From Isurus oxyrinchus (lineage: Eukaryota), in NCBI GenBank assembly GCA_026770705.1, contig JANJGN010000033.1:14942001-15006000 (forward strand): DNA of 64,000 nucleotides. Direction: 5' to 3'. The position numbers and the translations under genes were made by a program. Numbering within the stretch: the stretch's first letter is position 1; every line of letters starts with the position of its first letter. This document shows positions 38,840-52,817 of this stretch, one piece after another. The notes below the pieces were generated by a model. The model was not told the DNA's origin and did not search any database. It saw only the letters and a program-made list of their open reading frames with translations.

Positions 38840-41800
38840 CGAGGAATAGTCAACAGTTGTTCCAGATGTGACTCTAAATATTCGGAAATGAATCGTCCAA
38901 AATAGAGTAACTTGATTTTTGAAATGACGCATGAAATGGGACATTGGAAGGGAAAGTTGACAACATCGATCAGTCAGAAGGGACTTCAGTGCTCACCAGA
39001 AGTTGTAGTCTGCTAATGGGTGTTCTAATTTTGAACTTAATTAATTGTGCTCTGTTAGAGAGTGGTTGTACTTCCACATTGTGTGGAGTCGATTGATTGA
39101 AGTACTACCCGTTTGTTCGAAATAGTAAAGGCAGCAGAAGGGTTAAGGAATATGAAAGTTCGACCTACTTCAGGTTTCGGTTCGAAAATATGTTAAAGTC
39201 ACTAAAGAGTTTAGTGATTCCGTGTAAAATAGCCAGGGTAAAGTATTTCATAAGCGCAGATGTAGTATCCAATGAAATACCCTTATTATTGTGTAAGCCA
39301 TCACGAAAAAATCTCAAAAGAAATTAAACATGGAACACGATGAGGCAATTGTTTTTAGGCAATCTATAGGTTTACAGTTTACGAAATCGGTTCGTTATTT
39401 TACCCCCTCAACAAGACACAACATTTACAATCACATTGTTAAAGAAATGTTGATGAAATCACGGCATAGGTGTTATAAGGAAAAAAAACGGCAAACTGTT
39501 ACAAAATTACTTCGACAGTTTTTTCCATCCACCTTGTCATACTTAAAAAAACATTTTAATAAAGGATGCATTGACAATACATAATAACTATTCTTATAGA
39601 AGTGATTAGTGAGAAATGTAGCATCTGTAAAATACAAAAAGCACATCATCACGGGCAATCGTGAGTTTCCCATTAGCCAGAGACTATACTGGAATTGTGG
39701 GAGTGGACTTGAAGGTTTGGGATGACGACAAAAATAATTTGCTCACACTTACAGACAGGGCAACTAGATTCAGTTTGTCAATAGTAATATATATTAAAGG
39801 CAAGAGGTAATTGTGATCAGGATAATGGAAAAAAATGGATAGTAAATGGAGTGGGAGCACCAGCTACATTCCTATTTGACAATGGGGGGCAGGTCGGGTA
39901 GTGGGAGAAATTCCATGAATTTTGATGAAATTAGACGTACATGTGAAAACATGCAGGATATAGTAAAGAACACAGCAGCAGCAAGTTACTTCCGTTATGG
40001 GGTTTGTGGAAGAAATCATGCAGTAATTGATCAGATGTTTCCAAAATCTTAGCCAACCTACCGACTTGTAAAATGGTATCTGTCCTTGCATGGGCTATTC
40101 CTGCGAGGAATTCAGTTCAAATTGTCGGGGGCTACTGTCCTGAACTCTTATTTTTTGGATGAAATCCGAAAATGTCTTGGGAAATAGAAACTGAAGAGAT
40201 ACAATGCACTTCACATGCATATATTTTGGACAGGTACAAGGAGCAGCTGACTGAATATGGACAAAGTGAAAATGAAGCGCAAGAGAAGGCTATTCATCTC
40301 AAAGGGCAGCTTCCCGAAGTTGACACTAGAGTAACGTATATGCCAGTAGGGCCCAGTGAATGGAGGGATGTTGCCATTAAAGGGAGAGCTGGAAAAGCCA
40401 CCGGCAAATACATGCAATGGCTGAACGTACAAGATGAAAGACATGAGGTAAAATCCATAGACTGGCAAAATAATCCAGAAGTGTGGGAAGCCAGAAAATG
40501 CATTGTGAGTTCTGAAATAGGACATGGGAGATATCGAGCCCTAGGCAAAGTTCAAAACTCTGATAGTGGGAAGGAAAGGCCGTGTTGTTATAGTGCAGAA
40601 AGAAAAAGGAGGGTGAGTAGAGGCCGTAGCTTCAAAAGAAGAAGAGCCATAGATCAGGTCAGGAATGCCACAAGAATTAGAAGGCATTATGATTGTTAAG
40701 TTTTAGTGGCTACTAACAAACTAGAAAATAAGTTAATAAAGCATGCTGAACAAGAAACATTTTACAGCTGGAAAGAATTTGGCATGTACACTGAATTACC
40801 AGACAGGGGACAACCACCCATATCACAGATGCAGATACACACAGAAAAATGAACGTCCTGATGGCACGTAAAAGGCTAAAGCCATACAAGTTGCTCGGGG
40901 TTTTGAATAGAGACTTGGAGATCAAGATGTCAGAGTGTAGTCCCCCATGGAACTAAAATGAGCTTAATGCTTTTCTTAGCTTTTTTAGCAACATGTTCCT
41001 CGGAATCGATTAATATGAAATTTGTATTTTGGCAGTGTGAGAAGTTTCAAAGGGAAGTGTTTTTGAAAGCATCTAAATAAGCCCTGTGATAGAAGGGGAG
41101 CTTTGGATATTAAACACGTGTGTTTATCTGTTCAGTTACGCTCTAAGGGTGTGACATTTCTCGGTTTGGTCCATCCTGTTCAAAACTGGTGCATCCAGCT
41201 AAAAGCAGACCCTTTAAATGTCTATTGTTATCATCAGGAGAAATAGGCTGGCACCTTTATGATGCACCTTGCTGACTGTCTGTGAGGAGGTTATATAAAA
41301 TTTAAGAAATGGGTGATAGATAAAGTGAAAGATTGAATGATTGGATGACAGGCTTTCGGGGCCTTTAAATATATATGGACAGAATATGCCTGGCTAAGTT
41401 CCCAGGTTGTGATGTAAATATCAGTATTGTAGCTGCACAGCAACACATTGACTAAGAGTGTGGCCAGCTCTCAAATACAATGTTGCAGGACAACAGTCAA
41501 GAGGCTGTCAGGGGCTAAAGCCTTTGCTGAATCCAGTGACTTCAATCATTTCATGATCGCATGTGGTGTGAATCGCCAAAAATGGACACTAATCAGAATA
41601 AGTTGGGACTGACCATGAATCAGGAGTCTTATTGAGAAAATATCTATCACATTCCAATAAACCCAGCCAGGCCCTCACAGAAAGAGGACCCTGCAACCAA
41701 GGATGAACTAGAACAATTAAAAGGTTTGAATGGACAGTTGGATGGATTGTCCTGTCAGACCAGGCTTGATGCAATTTATGGCATATTGGAATGGAATGTT

Positions 41801-42265
41801 AGGATGAAACATTCCGCAGTTGAGGAGGTTCTGAGGTAAAAAAAAAGTTAAATAATTAAAGTCAGTGAACTGTGCACTTAATTTTACAGCCATGGTTGAT
41901 ACAGAATAATTCGAGTTAGTAATGGTCAGTGATGCTTCACATGCCAATCTTTCAGATAGATAATCTTAAACGACGGGTTTTATCACATTCCTGTTGAGAA
42001 AGAATAAGAAATTTTGCCCATTGGCCTGGGAAGGGAAGAAAATAAAAATTGTAGTTAAAAGCACCTGACCAGCAGAAACGCTCGTTCCAGGGGGAGCGAT
42101 TGATTTGGGATTTCACTTAAGAAAACTTCTGCAGGAAATCCAATAAAAAGGGCATTCAGGAATAAGAAGTTCTGTCATGTGGTTAACCATTCTACAAGGG
42201 CTAATGTACATTCAATAATGACAAAAGTTTAAGGATTGACCTGGCTTTGAATTAACAAATGGTCT
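38840..42265 (+). mobile_element. Decayed Ty1/Copia LTR retrotransposon internal region (gag knuckle, PR, INT, RT, RNase H)
   Basis: In order: CSRCDSK (about 38858), ALLESGCTSTLCG (about 39050), KLLRQF/CSICK, VGVDLKVW, APATFLFDNGG, GVCGRNHAVID, RAGKATGKYMQWLNV, KAKAIQVARGFE (about 40875), CVYL..., MHLADCL*GG, FKY, SDASHANL, CPLAWEGKKIKIVVKST*PAETL, LRIDLA. Integrase upstream of RT is the Copia domain order. Confidence 0.85.
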
Positions 42266-43099
42266 TGTTCAGAAAATGGCTCAGTTTGCATTCGAAACTG
42301 TAAGTCTCTTTTTCTGTCACAAGTGCTTTCAGGGCTGTCCAGTTTTTCCTTGCAGAATGGGATAGATTCAGAACAGATCCATCAGCTCAAAACTGGTCAT
42401 CCGTGAGCAGCTCTCTGCCATCAGTGTCTTCTGCGAGTCAGAGTTATTCCACCTGCTATGAAGAAGTAGGTGACTGCACTTGATTCAGCAAAGGATCTAG
42501 TCACTGATAGGATCTGAGCTCTTGTTCTTAAACCCGGATCTCTCTGCTGGCCGCACCCTTAGCCAAGATGTTACAGTACAGCTAAAATACTGGCATTTAC
42601 AACACAACCCGGAAAAGCTGCCAAACATATTATCTCTATAAGCGGCTGGGGTCATCCAGTCCAACCAATCATCACCCCATCAGTCTGTTTTAAATAATGT
42701 GCAAAGTGATAGAAAGTGTCATCAACAGTGAGAAGAAGGGTGCGCTATCTCACTAACAACCTATGACCAGGTTGGGTCCAGCCACGACCTCTTAGCTCCC
42801 TACCTCATTGCAAACTTGCTACGAATGCGGGAAAAGAGTGGAGCTTCACTGCTGATGCAAGAGTGGCTCTGCATGACAAATTTGTATTTGAGGTCATAAA
42901 ACGAAAAAGGACATTTTCTGAACATAATGGGGCAGCAATGATGTAGCGAGAATTAGAACAATGAGAAAGAAAAGAAACATTCAACGCGAAGCGAGGTTAC
43001 TTGTTAAATTCATGGGAATGAGTGTGAAAAATCAATTTAGCCTAGTGATGATACCTGAAGCTTTTTCCTAACATTGCAAAACTCCATACAGTCTAGAAC

Positions 43100-43645
43100 A
43101 GTTGCCAAATTTTGTAATGTAGCAACCATGGGATGTATACTTCAGAAAAGAGGAAAGGAGAAAACGGGTATCTGCAGGTCAATTGAACTAACATCAGTAT
43201 TGGCAAAATCTCAGAAATATTAGAAATGTTGTTGCAAGACATGAAAAAAACGTAATATAATTAAACAGAATCGGCACAACTTCGTGAAAAAGAAATCGTA
43301 TTTGATAAATCCGTTATACTTTTTTTTGGCCATCAGAAGTTAGATGGGTCTGCAGGACCATTGAATGCAGTGCATTCAGCTTTTCAAAAAAAGTGCCAGA
43401 GAGCACATTTCATAAACACAAACTAGAACACGAAATGAAGTGTCATGGGACCTGGAGAAATATATTAAATGTACTCAAGGCTGGAAAAGGACACAAAAAG
43501 GCAGTGCCCATCTGAATCATAAAATCCTTCATAGGCTTGACAGCTGAATGGTGAGAAAACGATCCCTCAGACTGTGGAATCTAGAATTCGTGGTAAAAGT
43601 TACAGAATAAGGAATTGGCCCTGGGCTGAGCTGATGAGGAGTTTT
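43100..43645 (+). mobile_element. Highly decayed CR1 RT fragment
   Basis: FRKEERRKRVSAG..LTSVLAK and IKQNRHNFVKKKSYLINPL resemble CR1 NYRPVSLTS / SQHGF..KSCLTNL. Confidence 0.55.
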
Positions 43646-44439
43646 GTTTCACTCCCAAGTTCGGTTGAAATGGATAATTTTGGACTGGGATAAAAAGATG
43701 ACATGGTTTGTTGCTGCTTTCTTCTCAAGTTATTCCTCTTCGTTGTCATTTCTGAAGTTTACCGGATGAGGTTGAGCTGTGGTTTGGTTTTCCTAAAGCC
43801 TGAAGAGCGGCTGAATGTTCTAATAATGACACCAGCCTTTTTGGAAGCCTTGATTGAACCCACATTTTGGTCCTGATTGCAGATTTACTTGATTTGACCT
43901 TGCTTGGAGGCGACAAACATGAATCATTCAGCTTTTCCACGCAAACAAACAGCAGTCGAAATGTTCCGGAATCAGTATTTGTGAGGTACTCACAAACGTT
44001 TCCACTGAAATTGTGGAGTGTTTTTGATGGCACACAGTGGCACGTTGAGGGATGGCTCGGAGACAGAGTAAGACGATGCATGGATGCACTTAGTTGATTT
44101 CCTGATGGCGGAGAGAGTTAGAGTGACTGTCACATCATATCTCTGGGTGTAGTGTTAAGAAGCCCAAGGAATGTTGAAGTCAATGGGAAATGGGAGACAA
44201 CTCTCCACTGGTTTAATTCACACCGAGCTCAAAGAAAGATGTTTGTGGCTCATGGAATCCAAGCACCTCAGGAACAGGTCATCACTGCAGGAGTTCTGAT
44301 TGTAATGGCTTAGAGCAACAATAGTCAACTGCTTTATCAATGACATTTCATCCATATTAAGGCCAAAAGTAGGGCGTTCACAAATGGTTGTGCGGTGTTC
44401 AGCATAATTCACAAGTGCATAAAATGCTGATGCAGTCTA

Positions 44440-44865
44440 ATCCCCTATGCAAGAATTACATGTGAAAAACTCAAGATGAACTGATAAGTGGCAAGTAACA
44501 TTCACACCAACCACGATTCAGGCAATGACCATCTACAACAAGAGAGAATCGAGCCATTTCCTCTTGACATTGAATTACATTGACATCGCTCATCCCCGCA
44601 CCATAAACATCCTGGGGCTTTGCATTGACAACAAACGGAATTAGACTGGCCATTTGAATACTGTGGCTACCTCAGGCATTCAGAGACTCGGAATTCGGCA
44701 CTTAATAACTCACTCCATGACTCCCCAAAGCCTGTCCACAAGGCACAAATCATGGGGGTTAATGGAATATGCATCACTTTCCTGGGTGTGCAGCTGCAGT
44801 AACACTCAAGACGCCCAGCATAATCCCGGAGAATTAGCCCGCTTGATTGGCACCAACGTATCCAA
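44440..44865 (+). mobile_element. LINE RT C-terminal fragment (CR1/L2 group)
   Basis: DKWQVTFTP...QAMTIYNKRE...INILGLCIDNKRN*TGHLN...MEYASLSW. Confidence 0.6.
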
Positions 44866-47069
44866 AATCTCCAACTTTCACTTCATCCATCAGTGAAATC
44901 CAATGATAACAGAGGGTGCCACCCCAAGCGTTATATTTTCCAAGCATTTCTGCTGTAGACGAGTGCACTCAGGATGCAGGTTTTGTGGACACACACTTTG
45001 TTGTTCTCAGTGAAGTTGCTGATCTGCCATGCTCTCTTATTCTGCTTGGACGTAACAGCTGCAGCTTTTCAAAAGTGTGTGCTCTTTTCAGCATTATATA
45101 GCACATTGCTTGTGATTGCTCGTCCTTGATAACCTCCAGAATCACATTGTCAATGCAGATTGCTGTCAGTATGACAACCTACTGGACTATGAAATATCCT
45201 GCCTCATGCTGATGTTCTAACCATACTTTTCACAAAATTCACAGAGGCGCCCATCTGTCAAGGAAGGTCATCTTCTGGCCTTCAGGATGGAATTCTAGTG
45301 CATCAGCGTGGAAAAATTTCACTGATGCCTTTGATCTCTGATGAGCAAAGCTGAGCAGCTTTCCAGCAGTTCTGGCATGGAAAAAACGCTTACTGTGGAT
45401 GATTTGTCTTCATATGATAATAGCAAACAGATTAATATGCCAGCGAGTCAGCTACCAGAACACAAATTCATTTTGACCCCACTGGAGCTCTAAAAGTGTT
45501 CCAATGAGCCTCGTCATAGCTGACCTTACCAATGATATTGTCATGAAAAGGTAATGAAGCGGCTTCGGGGGTTGCGGGAGGTGGGGGGTGGGGGTGGTGG
45601 TTGGGGGGACGGGCAGCCGATTTTCTTCAGAAGATTGCATGGGCTTCCTCTGCTCACGTGGTAGCATGCCTTGGTGAGATTGATGAAGGCAATATAAGGT
45701 GGTCCCTTTTGTTCACCACAATTCTCTTGCAGCTACATTAGGCAATGACATGCAGCCTGACAGGCTGACACACAATACTTTTTTCAGCATGATCAGCATG
45801 GTGGTGCCCCGATGGTTCTTTCAATTGATGCGGTCACCCTTGTTCTTGCGCACATTCACAGTCTTTGCATCACACACATCCAAGGACTTTGCTGAGAACA
45901 GTTAGTTAATCTAAATGTCTCCAAGCCTGACTCCAGCAGCTCTGATACCGTTTTGTGCTCTAACAAGCGTTGACTGGCATAAGGCAGGACTTCCGCACTC
46001 ACTCAGGTGGAAGTTATGCCTTGTAGAGCTGCCAGCAAGTCAGATTGATCAGCAGATCTCCAGTCACTCCAGACGCAGTAATGCAGTGGTTGGAAGAGGC
46101 AGTGCCAGGAGCAACCTGAAAATAATGTCCCGGGGTGCAGAGGACACGTAAGTGACAGTGGTCTCATGGCAAGAAGGGTATGCAAAGTATGGAGGGGGGT
46201 CGGGGGAGGCTTGAGTCACGGGCAGACACTCGGGGTCTCAATGCATAGGCTGTGGTGGCAGAAGTGGGGGTGGAGGTGGGCACTGGGCCCAAAATCGAGG
46301 GTGTACCTAGTCAGAAGGGGCCTTCTGATGGAATCAATTCTGCGTTGAGCTGCCATCCACCCGTCAGCAGAAAATTGAGATTGGGCGGGAAAAGGCCCTT
46401 AAGTGAGCCTTTGCGATTACCTATCCATCAGGCTGTCTATTGCTTCTAGCGTTTCCTTGGGTAACCTTATTCTCCTAGAGTGGGTAATGCTTCATTCATC
46501 TCTCAAGCTACTTATTTCAGTCAGTGATGACCTCTCCTGCCATTGTTTTCAGTTATATTATTTTGGTTGCTGATGGGCCTGATGCCTTTCTGATCCAATC
46601 ATACACGCCCCTAGTGATTCCTGTGTCCAGAAACATCTGGATATTCTGTCAAAGTTATAACCAGCAGTAAAGCCATCTGTTGGTCTATACTTCGAGCAGT
46701 GATCTGACTTTTCGCGTATGAAAATGTTTCCATTTAACAAGACAGGATTTTTGGCTGCATGATAGGCTTCATCACAGTGATCATAGCATCCAATCAGTCA
46801 ACGTTTTATTTGCAGCCTTTGCTTCACATATTTTGTAAATGCCTTGTTGTAAGTGTTTTCTCGAATTATTTTGCATTTCAGGTGTGCACTATGCGAGTGA
46901 TTGTGAAAAAAGCTTGTTCAACCGAGTGGCGGAACTGTGGGTTCTTCCCTGAGCAGGCTGACATTGCTATGAGGAAACCCTTTCTGTATTGATTTAAGAA
47001 GCTTCAAGGGTTGAATGCTAACCCTAGAGCACCCCATGGAGTGGTCTGTATCACAATCAGAATTGTAGG

Positions 47070-47600
47070 TCAACAGGCTTTTCCCCGGGACTGCAGCACT
47101 CTCCTATGAAGAGAGGTTTGGGAAATGGGATCGGTATTCTTTAGAGTTTCGAAGAATGACTTGTGATCTCCTTAAAACCTACACAGTACTTAATGGGATG
47201 GGCAGGGCCGATGTAGGCAATATTTTCCCCTGGCCGTGAAGTCTGGAACCAGGGGGCACTGCTTTTAAATCTGAGGGGAGCCATTTAGAACTGAGATAAG
47301 GAGTTTTTATTTTACTCATAGGGTTGCAAAGCATTAGAATTGTCTATCCTAGAGGGCTATGGAAGTTCAATCGTGGAACACTTTTAAAGTAGAGCTTGAC
47401 AGATCCTTGAATATCAATGACCAGTCCTAAATGGCTCCACCCTAATTTTCAAATAGAATCCCCTGGTTCTAGGCTTCCAACGAGGGCAAATTAATACAAA
47501 CATTTTCCCTGCCCATCCCATTAAGAATTTTGTATGTTTTAATTAGATCGTTCTTCGAAACTCTAAATAATACAGGCCCTGTTTCCCAAAGCTCACCTAA
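47070..47600. mobile_element. Tail-to-tail CR1 3' fragments (plus 47070-47420; minus 47425-47600)
   Basis: LSYEERFGKWDRYSLEFRR..FPLAVKSGTRGH-type sequence. Confidence 0.65.
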
Positions 47601-48569
47601 TAGGACAGCTGCTCTTCCTGCTCAGGGGATGTTCCATCAGCAGAGATCACAATGCCTATCACCAAGGTTATAAAAGTTTGACTGACACTTGGATGGGGCC
47701 AAATGGTCAAAATCCTTTGGGGGCCTTGGAGGCGCCAATGAGTCCTGAAATGAAACGTGGAATTGCGAGCACTGAAGCTCAGAACGGACATGAAACTGTC
47801 AAGTTCTAATTAGCTACCAGCAGCAAAATATCTTCAAAATTCCTCGCTGCTCACGATCTCAACACTTTTTGGACTTTTTTCTCCCATTCTTGGACGAGGT
47901 TTTGAAAAATGTGGGCTGCCGGCAACACAAAATCAGGATCATTTGGGTTTTTGATGGCATCAAGTGGCCTTTTAGCTAATGGAGGGCACAACTCCAACAC
48001 CCATGTGGGCGTGCGTGCCAAGTGAAGGAACACACAAGCGCGATGAGATCAGGACGCTCACCCGATGGCATCTCACGCAATTTTATGGCTACTCAGGTTG
48101 TGCATGTGCCCACCTATCAGACATAAAATCCTGCCCCTTTGTGTGATTGGCAAGACATGCTTTCATTTGCGAGGCATTAGTTAATTTGTTGCGAGGCTGT
48201 TTATATTCAGGAATAGCGACGAGGTCGTCGAGTTCAAATGTACATCTTTTATGAACCATTATGTCTGAAAGCAGGATGCTTCGCCAGGAACAGTCGCACA
48301 GACCAGTCTGACACTTCATCTGATCACCTGAACCTTTAATATCACAACTTTGTAATGTACTTGCAACACATAAATAACGACCCCATTTACTTCTGGTAAA
48401 TCCCAAATGCACCATCTCCAAACTGTTGACACCCTCCCTACAGTGTGGTGCTCAGATCTGAACGCAATTCCCTTTCCAAGCTCTTTCATTCAATTAAGTT
48501 ATGGTTGATTATTTGCAGCAACTACACCTTAGCAAAAATTTCCAGTGTTCCTTAACACCATTCCTCCTG

Positions 48570-49870
48570 AAAAATGTATCAACCTCTGGCTTGAATATGG
48601 TTAATGACTGCACATGCACAGTTCAATGTTGGACACACATTCAAGAATGAGCAACACTTTAAGAGAAAAAAATCCAATCTCAGTCCTAAAGACTCACCAC
48701 TTATTCTGATACTGATCTGGTGTTCTATGTTCTTCAGGTAGGGGGAACAACTCTCAGCTTTTTTTGCTCTCAGAATCCTTAAAGCTCTAACATGCTTCAA
48801 TTAGATCAACTCTCATTCTTCAATATTGCAGAAACTATATGCCTTTTGACTCAATCGCTCTTCATATGACGTGCTTCATAACCGGGATCAATATATTCAA
48901 ACTTGGCCTCACTCTGGGGAGACTTTTCCCTCCTTTGGGTAATAAGAACACAACAGGTCAGCGTATTGCAGGTATGGAATAACCATTCCTTGCATAATTA
49001 CATTAAGATTTTCTTACACTTGTCAACATCTTATGTTTCGATTTTGGATTTTCTCCATTACAGAATTTGGTTTTCATTCACCACTATATTCCATCCGTTT
49101 GTAACTGGAGCTGTTATACAATTTGCCTTCCAAATTCGTTGCTGTACCTGCATATTAATTTTATGAAATTCACGTGCAAGGTGACCCAAGTCCCTCTTAA
49201 CTTAGAAGAAAAACAGTCTCTCACAATTCTAATATATGCTACATTTGTGTTTTCCTACATAATTTGATATCTTTACACTTCAGCACACTACAATCCATCT
49301 GCCATGTTCATCCCCACTCTCCCAACCTGCCCATATTCCACGACAGTCTCTTTGTTTCCTTCGCACCACATGTATCCACGACCATTAACCCCATGTGCAT
49401 CATCAGCAAACTTGGATAGGAATCAGTTAATCTCTCCACCTTAAATATTAACGTAGCTTGTAAACGGCTGGCGACCAAGTGTGGTACTTGCAGTATCCGG
49501 ATAGTTATCGTCTTCCAAACTGTAAACATCCCTTTTATTCCTAGTTTTTGATTGCTATTTGTAAAAAATCACCATTCCATGGCAACATCTCACTCACTAT
49601 ATCCTGACATTTAATGTTGCACAATAACATGCTGTGCAGTAACTTATCTCATTTTATTTTAAACAAAAATCCAATAAAATATTATAACCAATCTTAATCC
49701 CCGATGTACATTTCATTTAGATATATCCGGAAAATCTCTCAAAGACATATTAAATGCAATTTCACTTTTAGAAGGGTTCTAGACCATGTAATCATACAGC
49801 AAGTTTCGAAGGACCCTGTTAGAAATTCCTTAATAACTGATTCGAGTAATTTCTCTGCAACTGATGTAAA
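48570..49870 (-). mobile_element. Decayed CR1 LINE ORF2 fragment
   Basis: Similar to the other minus-strand CR1 pieces; directly upstream of the GPCR exon 2 acceptor. Confidence 0.55.
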
Positions 49871-50025
49871 ACCATGGGCCAGTCTTTTGCAATTTCTCCG
49901 ATGTACCTCAACTGAGTACTAGTTTATTTTGTTTTACTACCTTACAATGCTTGTGAGCTGTTCTGGAATCTAAATAATTTATGTAGCTTCATAGCTGATT
50001 CCCTCCATTTGTTTCTCTTTTACAG

Positions 50026-50997
50026 CCAACTTAATGAAGATTGTGATACTTTCCCGTGGAAAGTGCGGTCTCTCCAGTTGTGTCACATGGTACTTGGTGG
50101 CTATGGCAGCGGCAGATCTCCTGGTCGTTATCATTTATGTTATATTGACTCGAATTAAGGACTCTTATTTTCCGACTAATTTTATGTTCATTAATCCTGT
50201 TTGTTCTTTACAATCTGCCTTAAATCATGCTTCGACTGACATTTTTAGTGGGTAACAGTCGCTTTCACTTTTGATCACTTTGTTGCCATTCGTTGCCAGA
50301 AGCTGAATGCTAAGTATTGCAATGACCGAACCGCAACCACGATTATAGGAATTATTTGCCCAATTTTCTGCGTGAAAAACATACGCTGGTACTTTGCATA
50401 TGAAGCCATATATATAACTGACGTCATACCATGGGGTTACAACAGAATAGTTGATTATTATACTGCAAAAGCTGGAATAGCATTTAATTGGATTCACCGG
50501 TGCTTGACAACACTGCTTCCAACAGTTCTGATATTGTTGTTTAATGCTCTGACTGCAGGACACATTTTCGCAGTAAGTAAGGCCTGGAAGAGACTGAGGT
50601 CCAGCCAGAATAATGGGGTTCAAAATGATCCAGAGATTGGAAACTGGAGAAAATCTGTCATCATGCTCTTTGCTATATCTGGCTACTTTATACTTCTCTG
50701 GGTGTAATATACTACTCTGATGTAATATAATTCTTATTAATCCACATTATCAACCATTATTATTCAACAGGTTTCCATGACCCAATGTATATAGCAGATC
50801 AAACCAGTCATATGCTCCTGCTTCTCAGCTGCTGCACTAACACGTGTATCTATGCAGTGAGGCAGACTAAATTTAGGGAGCAACTTACAAATGGAATCAA
50901 ACATCCAGTGAAAATAGTGTTTATATTAATGAAACAAAGAGAGAAACATACTGATTCCCAGGATTGGATCAGTAGGGTATATGTTGGTTTATGGTAG
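50026..50997 (+). pseudogene. GPR139-like GPCR second exon (TM1 end to TM7 and C-tail), disrupted
   Basis: Acceptor tttctcttttacag|CC gives A-NLMKIVILSRGKCGLSSCVTWYLVAMAAADLLVVII...; frameshift near 50247; VTVAFTFDHFVAI..QKL..KYC; LTTLLPTVLILLFNALTAGHI; DPEIGNWRKSVIMLFAISGYFILLWV* (stop at 50705); LLLLSCCTNTCIYAVRQTKFREQL. Confidence 0.9.
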
Positions 50998-51320
50998 TTT
51001 CTTTTCATGTTTCACCTGGCCTCAACATATTTCATCTCTTTGCAAACTTTTCTATACATCATAATGGGGGATAATCAACAAATTTGTACTTTCCTGTATC
51101 ATCGGCAATCAACAAGGTCAAGCAACTAATATAATTTGTATTGATAGGTTATTTTATTCATTCGTAGTTAACTGGGTTATGTCACATTCCCAGACACAGA
51201 AAGAGAAACAATATAGTTCAGGCTATAATGTGTAGACAATGAAAGGAAATGACTAATAATACAAGAGAAAATGAAGATGCAAACATACAAATAAACAAAA
51301 TTATCTATTTATATATCTAT

Positions 51321-52435
51321 TGTTATGATCCTGAACAAGGTTCCCAGATTGTTGGTAGAATACCTTTAAGGGCCGCAAACTTTTAACTGAAAATGTAGCC
51401 AAACCTTGAGATGGAAAGTATTTACTCAGAGAATAAAGCCACATATTTCCAAGGTTTTTAACAAACGAATTGAACTTTACTGTGCAAAGTCAGAAAAGTG
51501 AAATAACGTACAATGTTTAGCTGAAGCATTAACATTCATAATTAACAATAGCTATAGGTGAATAAACAGGCAACTGTGATCAAACACACTACATCGATTA
51601 ATAAATGTTAGATGCAAAGGCGACGGAGTCTACAGATTTCCCAGCAATCCACCCAGTCCTCAGTATGCACAGTGAGTTACAAAATCTCGTTAAAACTCTG
51701 TCTCCCCCACAAGTGGTTCCAAATTCGGAGATCTGGTCTCTGGATTCCCAAAAGGCCTGTTCTAACTTGGGTTGTCTCATTGACTGTTCAACTCCCAGGA
51801 TTTCTCTCTTGTCTGCTGAGTTCATGTGCCCCTTAATTTTCGAATCTGTAGTCCAGCCTCTACTCATTGGCAGAATGGTACCGCTTTGCAAAGACAGCTA
51901 GCTTCACCATGCTGGCACTACCTCGAGATTTCTCCAAACTCTGGTCTCTCGGCAATTACGCAGCTGAATATCCAGGTCATCTCCTGAGACCCAGGACTTA
52001 GCATTACACAGCCAGGGACCTTCTGCACACCTTCTCAGCTCTCGATAACTTCTGCGACCTGACTGCCTGATGCCTGCTAGCGCTAGCAATTGTCGTGTCT
52101 GGTGCATTGCTTTCTCATTCTGAATAATTAATCACGCGGAATTTTATGAGCCCCCACTTTTGGCTGTACCAAACTATCAATTGCTCTGAAGCCTTCTTCC
52201 AAACCTGAACTCTCTGTCAACAAGACACAATGAGCCAACCGTTTGCAGGGCTTCACAGAGCCCCCATACCAGCTCCTCAGTGCTAACAGTAGCAGGTTAG
52301 TTGCATGAAGCTTCTTCCACTGTTCCACACTCTCTGTTCGCCTATAACTGCCTGGCCCTTGAACTAACCTGTGAAATCTATCAAAAAATAGATGTTTGTT
52401 CTCGCCCGTGTTATTAGGCAGGATCCGATGTAACA
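51321..52435. mobile_element. Probable solo LTR
   Basis: Begins TGTTATGATCC and has a TAACA end near 52435. Composition resembles the 13040 LTR. No TSD confirmed. Confidence 0.35.
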
Positions 52436-52449
52436 AGTGTTGGGACATG

Positions 52450-52773
52450 CACATGTGCACATGCCAGTGCGTGCACGCATGCACACACTCACACAGACAC
52501 ACACACACACACACACTGATGAGCAGACTGGCGGGCATGCGGGCGGATGGACAGATGGACAAATGGACGGAGGGATGGATGGATAATAAAAACAGCATGT
52601 GCTGGAAAAACTCATCCTTCTTCACAGCTCCCAACAGCTGTCAAAGAGAATGGAAACGTTATCTGCCTTTTTCCCTCCATAGATGATGTCAGACCTGCTG
52701 AGTTTTTCCGGCCTTTTCTGTTTTCAATTTACTTTGCCGGGATCTGCAGTATTTTGCTTTTAGTGTAGATCGG

Positions 52774-52817
<44 letters not shown>

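Noticed and set aside
45240-46420. Possible Harbinger-type DNA transposon remnant (also about 7360-8320)
   Set aside because: Only a compositional impression; no terminal inverted repeats or transposase motif could be confirmed by eye.
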